From contig CAYVXE010000003.1 in NCBI GenBank assembly GCA_964455375.1, positions 2,522-66,521 on the forward strand: 64,000 nucleotides of DNA, written 5' to 3'. Under the pieces are notes generated by a model. The model saw nothing but the letters and a program-made list of their open reading frames with translations, was not told the origin of the DNA and ran no database searches. The position numbers were made by a program, and so were the translations under genes. Below, piece by piece: positions 52,548-61,414 of this stretch. Position 1 is the first letter of the stretch. Each line of letters opens with the position of its first letter. This stretch comes from an uncultured Calditrichaceae bacterium (GTDB lineage: Bacteria; Zhuqueibacterota; Zhuqueibacteria; Oceanimicrobiales; Oceanimicrobiaceae).

Positions 52548-52892
52548 ATGAAAAAAGTAGATTGGTTTTATTTTCGCAACGGCTGAACGAGCTGTAAGAG
52601 AGCGCAAGAGTTTCTTGCCTTGAATCATGTGGACATCAATACGACAGTCAGCGCCTCAAAGAAATTGCAGATTGAGGATGCAAAGAAACTCCTTAGGGAG
52701 AAGGAGCGGCTGTATGTTGCGAAGGGGAAAAAGATCAGACGTTTTAATTTGCAGGAAGACATTGCGACTCCGGAAGAGTTGGTTACATTTCTTTTAGGTC
52801 CTACGGGAAACTTGCGTGCCCCCACGATCCAGGTCGGTCGTACATTACTCGTAGGTTTCAACCAGGCAATTTATGAAGAAGTTTTCAGGTAA
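52548..52892 (+). CDS. Spx/ArsC-family thioredoxin-fold protein with in-frame TGA (candidate selenocysteine, U-T-S-C motif)
   Basis: ATG at 52548 is in frame with the TTG-start ORF at 52620 in the track, with a single TGA at 52584-52586. Translation MKKVDWFYFRNG-U-TSCKRAQEFLALNHVDIN... aligns without gaps to Spx [20 protein letters not shown], so the TGA falls exactly on the first Cys of CxxC. The C-terminus LRAPTIQVGRTLLVGFNQAIYEEVF matches the family's LRRPIIID..LQVGYNEDEI. Full length is 114 aa, which fits the family. Confidence 0.6.
52604..52618 (+). promoter_or_regulatory. Small hairpin 18 nt downstream of the in-frame UGA (candidate bacterial SECIS-like element)
   Basis: GCAAG-aguuu-CUUGC, a 5-bp stem with a G/U-containing apical loop. 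It is shorter than the E. coli fdhF SECIS, so only suggestive. Confidence 0.3.
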
Positions 52893-53739
52893 GGCGTCTC
52901 AAATAAATATACAAAAGAAAAGATGGTTACAGGTGCTGGTCTTTTCTGTTTGCATCGTTGTGATCGTTCTCTTTTTGGTTTCAAACACGCTTAAAATTCA
53001 AACGGTTAATTTACAGCAGTCATCCTTTTCAAACGTCTTGCGGGGCAAGCGGGCAATTTTACTAAGCGACTTGCATCTGAGCGCGGGAAACAAGACGTCT
53101 GTTTCACAATTATTGTTCGCTATCGAAAAGATAAAACCGGACATTATTTTCCTGGTGGGTGATTTTGTTCCCTGGACCTCGACAAAAGAGGATTACAGGA
53201 ATGTTTTCCATTTTCTAAAAGAACTATCTGCTCCGCTTGGTGTGTACGCGGTTTTGGGTGATTCGGATTATCAGCGCAGCAGGGAGAGTTGTACCTTTTG
53301 CCACAGTCAGAATATACGCAAACCGACACCGCTAAATCAGGTTAAATTTATCCGGGACAGTTTTATCGATCTGAACCTGAACGGTCGTTTCTTGCGCATT
53401 GCTGGTGTTGACAGCCGTGAGGGGCTGAGACCGCGACTGCAAAATGTTCCACCGCTTATCGTTCGCACACCGGTCATCTTGCTTAGCCATACATCGACGG
53501 TATATCATAAAATTCCGAAAGGCAGGAATGTACTCGTTCTGTCTGGTGATACCCATGGTGGCCAGGTTTATTTGCCGACTTTTCTATGGAAACTTTGGGG
53601 TCGTAAACCGGACCCGGAGCACATGTACGGTTATTTCAAAGATGGTGAGAAAAGTTTGTATGTTACCAGTGGCACAGGTACATCCGATTTCCCGTTTCGT
53701 TTTGGGGTGCGGCCTGAAATAGCCGTGTTTAAATTTTAG
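52873..53739 (+). CDS. Membrane-anchored metallophosphoesterase (calcineurin-like, YkuE/YaeI-type)
   Basis: 288 aa. N-terminal TM, then LLSDLHLS, GDFVPW, LGDSDY and GDTHGGQV metal-ligand motifs. Confidence 0.75.
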   Translation: MKKFSGKASQINIQKKRWLQVLVFSVCIVVIVLFLVSNTLKIQTVNLQQSSFSNVLRGKRAILLSDLHLSAGNKTSVSQLLFAIEKIKPDIIFLVGDFVPWTSTKEDYRNVFHFLKELSAPLGVYAVLGDSDYQRSRESCTFCHSQNIRKPTPLNQVKFIRDSFIDLNLNGRFLRIAGVDSREGLRPRLQNVPPLIVRTPVILLSHTSTVYHKIPKGRNVLVLSGDTHGGQVYLPTFLWKLWGRKPDPEHMYGYFKDGEKSLYVTSGTGTSDFPFRFGVRPEIAVFKF

Positions 53740-53750
53740 GAAAAGGACCG

Positions 53751-54308
53751 ATGTTTTGCAGTAAGAATCTTTTACAAAAGATCGTTTTTTGGAGCGTCTT
53801 ACCACTTGTTTTTTGTGCCTGTGCGAGGAACGACACAGAAACAGAACCATTTGACTTTGATTTTGAAACGGAAGCCGATTTAAATGCATTGACATGGGAG
53901 TGCCGGCAATTGTACAGCCTGTCTCCGGAACATGTGACGCATGGTAAATTCAGCCTAAAAGCAGAGCTTTATCCCGGTTTGTACCCGGGGTTGAAAATTC
54001 GCCGGTTTGATCCGGACTGGTCGAGATATTCGGCGCTGCATTTTGATCTGTTTAATCCGCTTCCGGATTCCCTGCCGCTACACATTCGCATTGACGATCA
54101 ACAGGAGCACCCTGAGTTTGAGAACCGTTTTAATTTGACGATCATGTTGCAACCGGGTGCCGGGCACTACATCCTGCCATTGAGCAAGGTGATAACCTCC
54201 GGCAGCAAACGGCCATTAAAGTTAAGCTCCATTGAGGCGGTTTACTTGTTTATCGTCCAGCCGAAGAAGGAAGTCGATCTATATTTTGATTTTTTACACC
54301 TGGAGTAA
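53751..54308 (+). CDS. Hypothetical lipoprotein
   Basis: 185 aa. Signal peptide with lipobox LVFCAC. No recognised domain. Confidence 0.5.
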   Translation: MFCSKNLLQKIVFWSVLPLVFCACARNDTETEPFDFDFETEADLNALTWECRQLYSLSPEHVTHGKFSLKAELYPGLYPGLKIRRFDPDWSRYSALHFDLFNPLPDSLPLHIRIDDQQEHPEFENRFNLTIMLQPGAGHYILPLSKVITSGSKRPLKLSSIEAVYLFIVQPKKEVDLYFDFLHLE

Positions 54309-54344
54309 AGCACACATCTGCTACCGCATGAGGTTGAATGAAAC

Positions 54345-55973
54345 TTACCGGTCAACATATTCTATGGTAAAGCCTTTAATGTGTACACTCTCTGCGCCGT
54401 TAATAGATCCGTTTATAAATTGCGGGTATTGGTTTGCAATTTTTGCATAATGATAAACGTTGATGAAATATTTTCCTGGCGAGAAGGGAAACGTTCCACT
54501 GTCGCGCATAACCGTGTGTGGCTCTCCCGGATCATCGGGTACAACTTTGTACCCTCCTGCGTTGGGATTTAGCGGTTTTGTTTTGTTTCCGCTTTCGTCC
54601 TGAAGTTCCAGGTAAAAACTTTCGTTTTTTTGCTCGTCGCCACTGTTGTACCAGACAGTCGTATCGATTCTGTATTTCCCCCGGGTTTTGATGTCGACCT
54701 CAGCTACGTGTAAGTCGGAAGAACCGGACTCTCCGCCATCTGCCAGGACGACGCTTTCGACAGAAACCGTGATTGGTGCAACGGGTTCGACGATTTCAAG
54801 GATTTTTAATCCACCGACACCGTTGGCGACAAAGACAAGATTGTCTTTGGAGGCGACAAAATTCGTTGAACCTTCGAATGTCGCTTTACCTAAAGACACG
54901 ATGCCGGCAAGGGTGATTTTGCCGATCATCAAGCCGTCGCTACCATTTGCCATGAAAAGGCGTCCGTTTGCTACCGAGACGCCATTTGTCTGGCCGCCGG
55001 TTGGCGCCGGAATGGCGGTGGCTACCGTTTCGTTTTTTAAATCTACAACCAAAACGCCACAGCGGAAAGCGGATAGATAAACATTGTCTCCATCGACAGC
55101 CATTTCTGCTTTTTCCTGAAGAAAATTATCACATCCAAGGCTGATTGTTTTAATAAAAGTCAAGGTAGAACGATCAAACAAATGCAGGTTCGTTCCGGTT
55201 CCCTCCAAAACCAAAACATAGGAATCGGTTTTATCGATCGCCTTCGCCCCCTCCAGGGGGATTTGTTTTTCCAGCGAAAGGGCGTGTTGTTTGAACACTG
55301 AGAGCGCCCCGTTTGTCGTACCGGATGTTACAAAGACCGAGTTATCAAAACAGGCCACATCGTTGGCGTTAAAACTTGGCAGGTCAAACCGTTGAGAATT
55401 ATCCGTCAGTCGATTAGCCTGTAAGTCGAGAATTTCAAGGCAGGCCGGTGTGTCAAATACTGGATTGCGGTCACTGGCCGTTGCTTCACCAAGGAAAAGT
55501 TTTCCTGCAAATGCTGTCGCAATGGTGATGTCGGTGTCCAGAAACAGCGCCTGCGATAGTAAAATCGGATGTTCGGGGTTTACCACATCGACGATTTCCA
55601 CAGCGCCACGATATTGATTTTGCGCGGTGCTGTATGAAACATACGCGTGTGAATCGTCAAACGTTACGTGACTGGCATGTAAGAATTGTCCGTCCACAAT
55701 CGGCGGGGAAACTTCAGCCCTTAGTTTCAGTTGAAACGGCACTGTTTGTGAAAGATAGCTTGCACCGGTTTTTCGTGTCGAAAACTCTACCGGAATTGTT
55801 TTGTTTACATAAGTAATTTGAGCACTTAAAGTCGCTTCATCATTTTCGAGTTGTATTCTGTCGCCGTTATTTGCTGGTTCCGTGGGTTGATTGCCGCAGG
55901 CATAAAAGAAACAACTCACAGAGAAGAGAATAAAAACAGAGAAACGTATGCGAGTGCGTGACGTCATAATCAT
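54345..55973 (-). CDS. LVIVD-repeat (beta-propeller-like) lipoprotein
   Basis: 542 aa. Lipobox FFYAC and repeated VEIVDVVNPEHP / GVLVVDLKN / GLKILEIVEP motifs resembling LVIVD repeats. Confidence 0.55.
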   Translation of the reverse strand: MIMTSRTRIRFSVFILFSVSCFFYACGNQPTEPANNGDRIQLENDEATLSAQITYVNKTIPVEFSTRKTGASYLSQTVPFQLKLRAEVSPPIVDGQFLHASHVTFDDSHAYVSYSTAQNQYRGAVEIVDVVNPEHPILLSQALFLDTDITIATAFAGKLFLGEATASDRNPVFDTPACLEILDLQANRLTDNSQRFDLPSFNANDVACFDNSVFVTSGTTNGALSVFKQHALSLEKQIPLEGAKAIDKTDSYVLVLEGTGTNLHLFDRSTLTFIKTISLGCDNFLQEKAEMAVDGDNVYLSAFRCGVLVVDLKNETVATAIPAPTGGQTNGVSVANGRLFMANGSDGLMIGKITLAGIVSLGKATFEGSTNFVASKDNLVFVANGVGGLKILEIVEPVAPITVSVESVVLADGGESGSSDLHVAEVDIKTRGKYRIDTTVWYNSGDEQKNESFYLELQDESGNKTKPLNPNAGGYKVVPDDPGEPHTVMRDSGTFPFSPGKYFINVYHYAKIANQYPQFINGSINGAESVHIKGFTIEYVDR

Positions 55974-56103
55974 CCCTAATCGTTAAAAAGAATTCCTGTA
56001 TAAACGTAGAAATATTATCGACGTCCTTTCGGAGAAATTAACCAATTTGAACGTAATGAAAGATATGGCAGCTCTTGTGGGAATCGGGGTTAAATTGCTC
56101 GAC

Positions 56104-56997
56104 TTAGAAATATATCACGCCCTGATTGTCGGCTGTGAAAATTCGACATACCGCTGGAATATTCAAGGCGCGTGCTTTTTGCTGCCAGGCGTCCTGCAAA
56201 GATGTTCCGTCATCTGCGGTAAAGGCCAGGATCGTTGATCCAGACCCGCTGACACAGACTCCGAGTGCTTTCGATTCGACGGCGACCCCTGCAAATGCGT
56301 CGTAGCCGGGGATGAGTTGTTTGCGATACGGTTGGTGTATTTTATCCTGCATGGCGATGGATAACGCTTCGTAATTTTTACTCATGAACGCATGTGTGAG
56401 AAGAGCGCTGCGTTGAATGTTGAAAACCGCGTCTTTGTGGCTCACCGAACCGGGTAAAATCTGCCGTGCCGCTTTGGTGGAAATGGTCACGTCGGGAATT
56501 AACGCGACCATCGTGAGACTGGGTTCTACGGGAAACGCTTTTGTCACCGGACGGCCTTTCTCAAGGCAATTTATCGTGAAGCCGCCAAACAGTGACGCCG
56601 CGGCATTTTCCGGATGGCCTTCAAGTTCGTTTGCCAGGGAAAGCAGGTACTCTTTTTTTGTGTTTAGGCCGGTGAGTTTTGCGGCACAAGCCAATCCTGC
56701 AATCGTTGCTGCGCCACTGCTTCCAAGACCACGGGACAAAGGAATCTCATTTTTGACTGTGATGTTCAAGGCAGGCAGCATTTGGTTGACATGAAGGAAA
56801 AACTTTTTTACTGCCAGATAAACAAGATTTGTTTCGTCGCGGGGAATTTCATCGGCGCCTTCACCGGAAACCTCGATGTGCAGGTCTGTGGGGCTGACGT
56901 CCATTTTTACGGTCAGGTACATCTGTAGCGCCAGACCGAAGGTGTCGAATCCAGAACCGAGATTCGATGTGGATGCGGGAACCCGGACGTTAACCAT
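56104..56997 (-). CDS. thrB: Homoserine kinase
   Basis: The track ORF (420 aa) has a 123-aa N-terminal extension overlapping pyrE. Homology starts at MVNVRVPASTSNLGSGFDTFGLAL (GHMP kinase motif PxxxNLGxGFD) with ATG at 56997, and contains PLSRGLGSSGA. Confidence 0.8.
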   Translation of the reverse strand: MVNVRVPASTSNLGSGFDTFGLALQMYLTVKMDVSPTDLHIEVSGEGADEIPRDETNLVYLAVKKFFLHVNQMLPALNITVKNEIPLSRGLGSSGAATIAGLACAAKLTGLNTKKEYLLSLANELEGHPENAAASLFGGFTINCLEKGRPVTKAFPVEPSLTMVALIPDVTISTKAARQILPGSVSHKDAVFNIQRSALLTHAFMSKNYEALSIAMQDKIHQPYRKQLIPGYDAFAGVAVESKALGVCVSGSGSTILAFTADDGTSLQDAWQQKARALNIPAVCRIFTADNQGVIYF

Positions 56998-57574
56998 TTT
57001 TTTGCAGGCCCCTGCTTCCCGGCTTGTGTGCCGGGCCGAGATTCTTAACGGCCGGATCATCCGGTTGGAATGTTTCAATCTGCAACTGCATGACCGAAAA
57101 AAAGTCAAGTCCGAACTGTGCGTTCCCCCCGCTGCGATCGACGATGCAGCCGACACCCAAGGGATTGGCGCCAAGTGAATGCACCAGTTCGATGACTTCT
57201 TTGACCGAACCGCCGGTGGTAATGACGTCCTCCACCACGAGAATCGTTTCATCCTTTTGAATGGCAAAGTTTCTGCGTAAAGCCATACGCCCGTTTTCTC
57301 TTTCGGCAAAGATCGCGCGAACCCCCAGCGCGCGGGCAACTTCATGCGCAACGATGATGCCGCCAATTGCAGGCGCGATCACCGACTGAACGTTTCTGTT
57401 TTGATAATGATCGGCGATTTCAGAGCAGAGCTTTTCGGCATACTGCGGATGCTGCAGGACTTTGGCGCACTGGAAATATTGAGTGCTGTGCAATCCGGAC
57501 GTTAAAATGAAATGGCCATTTAGCAGCGCACCGGTTTGTTGAAAAATAGTTAAAACGTCGTCGTTGGTCATCAT
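56990..57574 (-). CDS. pyrE: Orotate phosphoribosyltransferase
   Basis: 194 aa. PRPP-binding motif ILVVEDVITTGGS and an N-terminus typical of PyrE. Confidence 0.9.
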   Translation of the reverse strand: MMTNDDVLTIFQQTGALLNGHFILTSGLHSTQYFQCAKVLQHPQYAEKLCSEIADHYQNRNVQSVIAPAIGGIIVAHEVARALGVRAIFAERENGRMALRRNFAIQKDETILVVEDVITTGGSVKEVIELVHSLGANPLGVGCIVDRSGGNAQFGLDFFSVMQLQIETFQPDDPAVKNLGPAHKPGSRGLQKNG

Positions 57575-58404
57575 ATTTTTTTATGTGAAAGTTTTGCTTT
57601 TCTAAATTGATTTATTTGTTCATTAAGTCTTTCTGCTTCCCTCCCAGCGACCTCAGCAAAGTCATTTTCGGAGGATTTGTAAAGGATGCCGCGGCTTGAA
57701 TTGATAAACGCGCGCCCCCCATTCGGGTCGGTGCCGAACGCAACTGCTGTCTGCAAATTTCCCCCTTGTGCGCCAACCCCGGGAATGAGGAAAGGCAGAC
57801 GAGGAGCTAAGGTGCGAATGGTTTTCATCTGTTGCGGGTGTGTGGCACCGGCAACCAGACCGCAATTCTCATGACGATTCCATGCTAATACCGAACGAAT
57901 CACGTGTGCATAAAGCGGTTCTCCGTCCACCGTGAGGTGTTGGATGTCTTTGGCGCCTGGATTTGATGTGACTCCGAGAATAAAAGCGCCCTTTTCGGAA
58001 CGGCCAATAAAAGGAGCTACCGAGTCGCACCCCATGTACGGGTTCACAGTGACGGCGTCAAAATTCAGATTTTCAAAAATAGCCCGGGCATACATTTCAG
58101 AAGACGTTCCGATGTCGGCACGTTTTGCGTCGGCAATGGTTATGATATCTTCCGGCATGTGATCCATCAGGCGTTCAAGCACGTTCCAGCCTTTGACGCC
58201 CTCTGCTTCGAAAAATGCAAAATTGAGTTTAAATGCCGCAGCGACCTCTTTGGTTGCAGAAATGATTTCAGAACAGAAAACAAATAATGCGTCCGGGTGG
58301 TTCTTTAGAGAGTCAGGAAACTTCCGACAGTCCGGATCCAATCCCACACAAAGTAAACTGTTCTTCTTTTTTATGATTGCATCTGTTTTTTCGTAAAAGG
58401 TCAT
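57571..58404 (-). CDS. pyrF: Orotidine 5'-phosphate decarboxylase (type 2)
   Basis: Start trimmed to the internal Met (MTFYEKTD...). Motifs LCVGLDPD and IADAKRADIGTS (catalytic DxKxxD). Confidence 0.85.
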   Translation of the reverse strand: MTFYEKTDAIIKKKNSLLCVGLDPDCRKFPDSLKNHPDALFVFCSEIISATKEVAAAFKLNFAFFEAEGVKGWNVLERLMDHMPEDIITIADAKRADIGTSSEMYARAIFENLNFDAVTVNPYMGCDSVAPFIGRSEKGAFILGVTSNPGAKDIQHLTVDGEPLYAHVIRSVLAWNRHENCGLVAGATHPQQMKTIRTLAPRLPFLIPGVGAQGGNLQTAVAFGTDPNGGRAFINSSRGILYKSSENDFAEVAGREAERLNEQINQFRKAKLSHKKI

Positions 58405-58439
58405 TGTATCTTTTTGCCGTAAAAACTCATTATTAAGAA

Positions 58440-59351
58440 TCAATGGCCGCCGGGGCCGTGATATGCTTCTTCTCCAGCTTCGATTTTTACCGCCAGTCGA
58501 TTTTGTGCCGGAGGCAACGGACAGGTGGCAAAGCGGGTAAAAGCGCATGGTGGATCATACGCTTTATTAAAGTCGATGGTAAGATTGCCCAAGCTGTCCG
58601 GTTTGTCGATAACCAGGAATCGTCCACCGCCGTAAGTTTCTTCGCCATTGGTTTCATCACCGAAAATAACCCAGTAACCGCCATCGTCGTCCAGAGTGTC
58701 GAGTTTGTAGGTTTTCCCGTGTATTTTAAATGCAAGCGCTCCGGGTGACGGTTCGTGGATTGTGGTCCCGAGAACGGTGGGAATGGGGATGCTTTTAGGT
58801 GGATCATAGGGTTCAAATGTGGCCGTAAGCCGCCAGTTTTGATCCACCGGGAACCTTTCTACTCCGGGAAAATCGGATATGAGTGGGCTGTCGAGGTCGC
58901 GCAATCGTACGCCAAATGCATCACCGCGCTTGATAATGAACCATCTGAGGGAACCGAGTTTTAGAGTCGTTTTGTTGCTTTCCGTATCAGGGGTGAGCGT
59001 CAGGGTGGTCACGTTCTTTTCTTGATAATAAACGTTTACGCCGCTCCTGATTTTCACCGTAACGTGACCATTTTTGAGATAAAAAGTTCCTATCCGTTTG
59101 GGGGCTTGTCCCGGAAAAACAATATCATTCTGCGGACCGGAACCAAAGGTGTTTTTTCCTTGTTTTAGCCAAAACAACCCGACCAGATTCAGCCACCCAG
59201 TATCACTTTTCAGATCAGCAATGCGTTTTTGATGCCAGCTTTCGATGTCAGCGAGATATTGCGTGTTATCCATTCTGGGCGAAGACTGTTGCTGGCATCC
59301 GATAATCGGCATTAGAAAAACAAGTGCGATGAACACGTTTAGCAAGCGCAA
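58440..59351 (-). CDS. DUF1684 domain protein
   Basis: 303 aa. Signal/lipoprotein-like N-terminus (PIIGC) and WHQKRIADLKSDTGWLNLVGLFWL, the DUF1684 signature. Confidence 0.65.
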   Translation of the reverse strand: MRLLNVFIALVFLMPIIGCQQQSSPRMDNTQYLADIESWHQKRIADLKSDTGWLNLVGLFWLKQGKNTFGSGPQNDIVFPGQAPKRIGTFYLKNGHVTVKIRSGVNVYYQEKNVTTLTLTPDTESNKTTLKLGSLRWFIIKRGDAFGVRLRDLDSPLISDFPGVERFPVDQNWRLTATFEPYDPPKSIPIPTVLGTTIHEPSPGALAFKIHGKTYKLDTLDDDGGYWVIFGDETNGEETYGGGRFLVIDKPDSLGNLTIDFNKAYDPPCAFTRFATCPLPPAQNRLAVKIEAGEEAYHGPGGH

Positions 59352-59541
59352 AATTTTTCTCCAGTATAAATAGGTTTGTATTTAGCAATCAATTTAAAGA
59401 TTTTGCAAGAAAGAATCAAAGAAAAATCGGCAGCTTTTTTCTTTACATAATAGAAGAGAATGCGTATTTTACATTTGTATGTGACACACCGAGCAATCGT
59501 TGCTTACCTTAAAACCACTCAATATTGTTCCGGAGGGAAAA

Positions 59542-60846
59542 ATGAAGCTTAAATTGCATTGGCAGATTATTATCGGTTTAATTTTAGGTCTGATTTATGG
59601 AATCGTTGCTGCGATAAATGGTTGGGGTGCGTTTACGTCTGATTGGATCGCTCCTTTCGGGAAAATATTTATTAATTTACTAAAATTGATTGCCATTCCG
59701 CTCATTCTCGGATCACTAATTTCCGGTGTTGCTTCTCTCTCGGATTTAAAAAAGCTTTCCCGTATCGGCGGCAAGACCATTTTTATTTATATAACCACCA
59801 CGGCTGTTTCCGTGACGATAGGGCTACTCATCGTAAATATGCTCAGACCAGGGAAAAGTGTTCCCCAGGATATGCGAGTAAAACTACAGTCCGTCTACCA
59901 AACGGATGTGCAAACGAAGAAACAAGCTGCCCAGCAAGCTAAAGAACGCGGACCGTTACAACCCTTGGTGGATATAGTACCGTCCAATTTTGCCAACTCT
60001 GCTGCCAGTAATCGAAATATGCTGCAAGTTGTGTTTTTCGCAATTTTCATTGGTATTGGCATCATTCAAGTATCCGAAGAGAAGGCGAAACCGTTCCTGG
60101 GTTTTTTCAAGGGGTTAAATGACGTGATTATAAAAATGGTGGATAATATAATGCTTATGGCACCCATCGGTGTCTTTGCTCTCATTGCCGATACCATCAA
60201 CAGTGTTGCTAAAGATAATATTCACCAGGTCGGGGAGTTGTTAGGTGCGTTAGGCTACTACTGTTTGGCGGTTATTCTCGGCCTTCTTGTACAAACACTG
60301 GTCACCTATCCGATCATATTAAAGTTGTTCACGCCGATGCCGATTGTGAAATTTTTCAAAGGTATTTCACAAGCACAGATTTTAGCTTTCTCCACCAGTT
60401 CCAGTGGCGCGACACTTCCGGTTACAATGGAGAGTTGCGAGAAAAATCTCGGTGTTTCAGAAGAAGTGTCTGCTTTTGTTCTGCCGCTTGGTGCTACCAT
60501 AAACATGGATGGCACCGCACTTTACCAGGCGGTTGCAGCGGTTTTTATCGCCCAGACACTCGGGCTTGATTTAGATATTGGCGCCCAACTGACGATCATT
60601 CTGACCGCGGTCTTAGCGTCCATTGGGACGGCTGCAGTGCCGGGAGCCGGTATTATCATGCTAGTGATTATTCTGGAAGCGATTCATGTTCCCAGCGCCG
60701 GGATTGCTCTGATTTTAGGCGTCGACCGAATTCTGGATATGTGCCGAACGGTTACGAATATCACTGGAGATTCAACGGTTGCCGTAACTATCGCGGCCAC
60801 AGAAGGCCAGTTGGCAGACGTAAAGGACGACAATTGGAAAAATTAA
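59542..60846 (+). CDS. Dicarboxylate/amino-acid:cation symporter (DAACS family, GltP/DctA-like)
   Basis: Start chosen at MKLKLHWQIIIGL, which has a GGAGGG RBS 8 nt upstream. Motifs MDGTALYQAVAAVFIAQ and PGAGIIMLVI are conserved DAACS hairpin-loop signatures. Confidence 0.85.
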   Translation: MKLKLHWQIIIGLILGLIYGIVAAINGWGAFTSDWIAPFGKIFINLLKLIAIPLILGSLISGVASLSDLKKLSRIGGKTIFIYITTTAVSVTIGLLIVNMLRPGKSVPQDMRVKLQSVYQTDVQTKKQAAQQAKERGPLQPLVDIVPSNFANSAASNRNMLQVVFFAIFIGIGIIQVSEEKAKPFLGFFKGLNDVIIKMVDNIMLMAPIGVFALIADTINSVAKDNIHQVGELLGALGYYCLAVILGLLVQTLVTYPIILKLFTPMPIVKFFKGISQAQILAFSTSSSGATLPVTMESCEKNLGVSEEVSAFVLPLGATINMDGTALYQAVAAVFIAQTLGLDLDIGAQLTIILTAVLASIGTAAVPGAGIIMLVIILEAIHVPSAGIALILGVDRILDMCRTVTNITGDSTVAVTIAATEGQLADVKDDNWKN

Positions 60847-60899
60847 ATCCTGTATCTGTTAAAATGTTTTAATAAGTAAAAATACACTTGTTTTTTGTG

Positions 60900-61260
60900 A
60901 TTTTTGCTCACTAAGAAGAAAACAGGTAGTGTGAATAAAGTGTGGATAACTTTTAAGAGATGGCTATATTTTCTTTATATCTTAAAATAACGCAAAATTC
61001 TCAAGAAACTGCGAATTTGGGCGAATAATACGGATTTTTTGGCGACAGATAAAACTTCAGCCGTTTTATGGTTGTCATAAGCTTTAAATAATTAATGGTT
61101 TACGTAGATTTATTTGTTGGGATTCAGGTGAGGTGTTCCGGCTAGAACCTTTTATTGCTTTAAGTATTAATAATTGACAACAGATATTGACTTGCATGTC
61201 TCTTAGGCCACAGTGGAATGTTATCCACAAAAAAATGTGGATAACTTGTTGAGGCTAAGG
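60900..61260. promoter_or_regulatory. Distal cluster of DnaA boxes in an AT-rich intergenic region (about 21 kb from dnaA)
   Basis: Perfect TGTGGATAA at 60941-60949, one-mismatch TGTGAATAA at 60930-60938, and an inverted perfect pair TTATCCACA(61221-61229)-aaaaaa-TGTGGATAA(61236-61244). Confidence 0.65.
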
Positions 61261-61370
61261 AAAAGTGATAGTGAGTTTAGATGCTTGTTTTACAACGCAA
61301 TTAGCCGGAAAGATGATGGAGATTGTGTATAAAATATGATTTGAAGGCTTTGGTAAGTGGCAAATAATCG

Positions 61371-61399
61371 TTGACTTTATGTGAAAAGATTCTTAAATA
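61371..61399 (+). promoter_or_regulatory. Sigma70-like promoter upstream of DUF92 gene
   Basis: TTGACT(61371-61376), 17-nt spacer, TAAATA(61394-61399). The predicted TSS lies about 8 nt before the ATG at 61415. Confidence 0.4.
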
Positions 61400-61414
61400 T
61401 CAGCATTATTTTTC

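Noticed and set aside
52620-52892. Stand-alone 90-aa TTG-initiated ORF as the real gene
   Set aside because: It would lack the entire N-terminal beta-alpha-beta unit and redox motif of the ArsC/Spx fold. The upstream frame is open to an ATG and encodes exactly that missing unit with UGA at the Cys position, so the read-through (selenocysteine) model is preferred. A pseudogene remains the alternative.
56104-57366. 420-aa ORF encompassing thrB with a 123-aa N-terminal extension
   Set aside because: The extension fully overlaps pyrE in another frame and is Arg/Ser/Trp-rich. The GHMP-kinase homology begins at MVNVRVPAS (start 56997).
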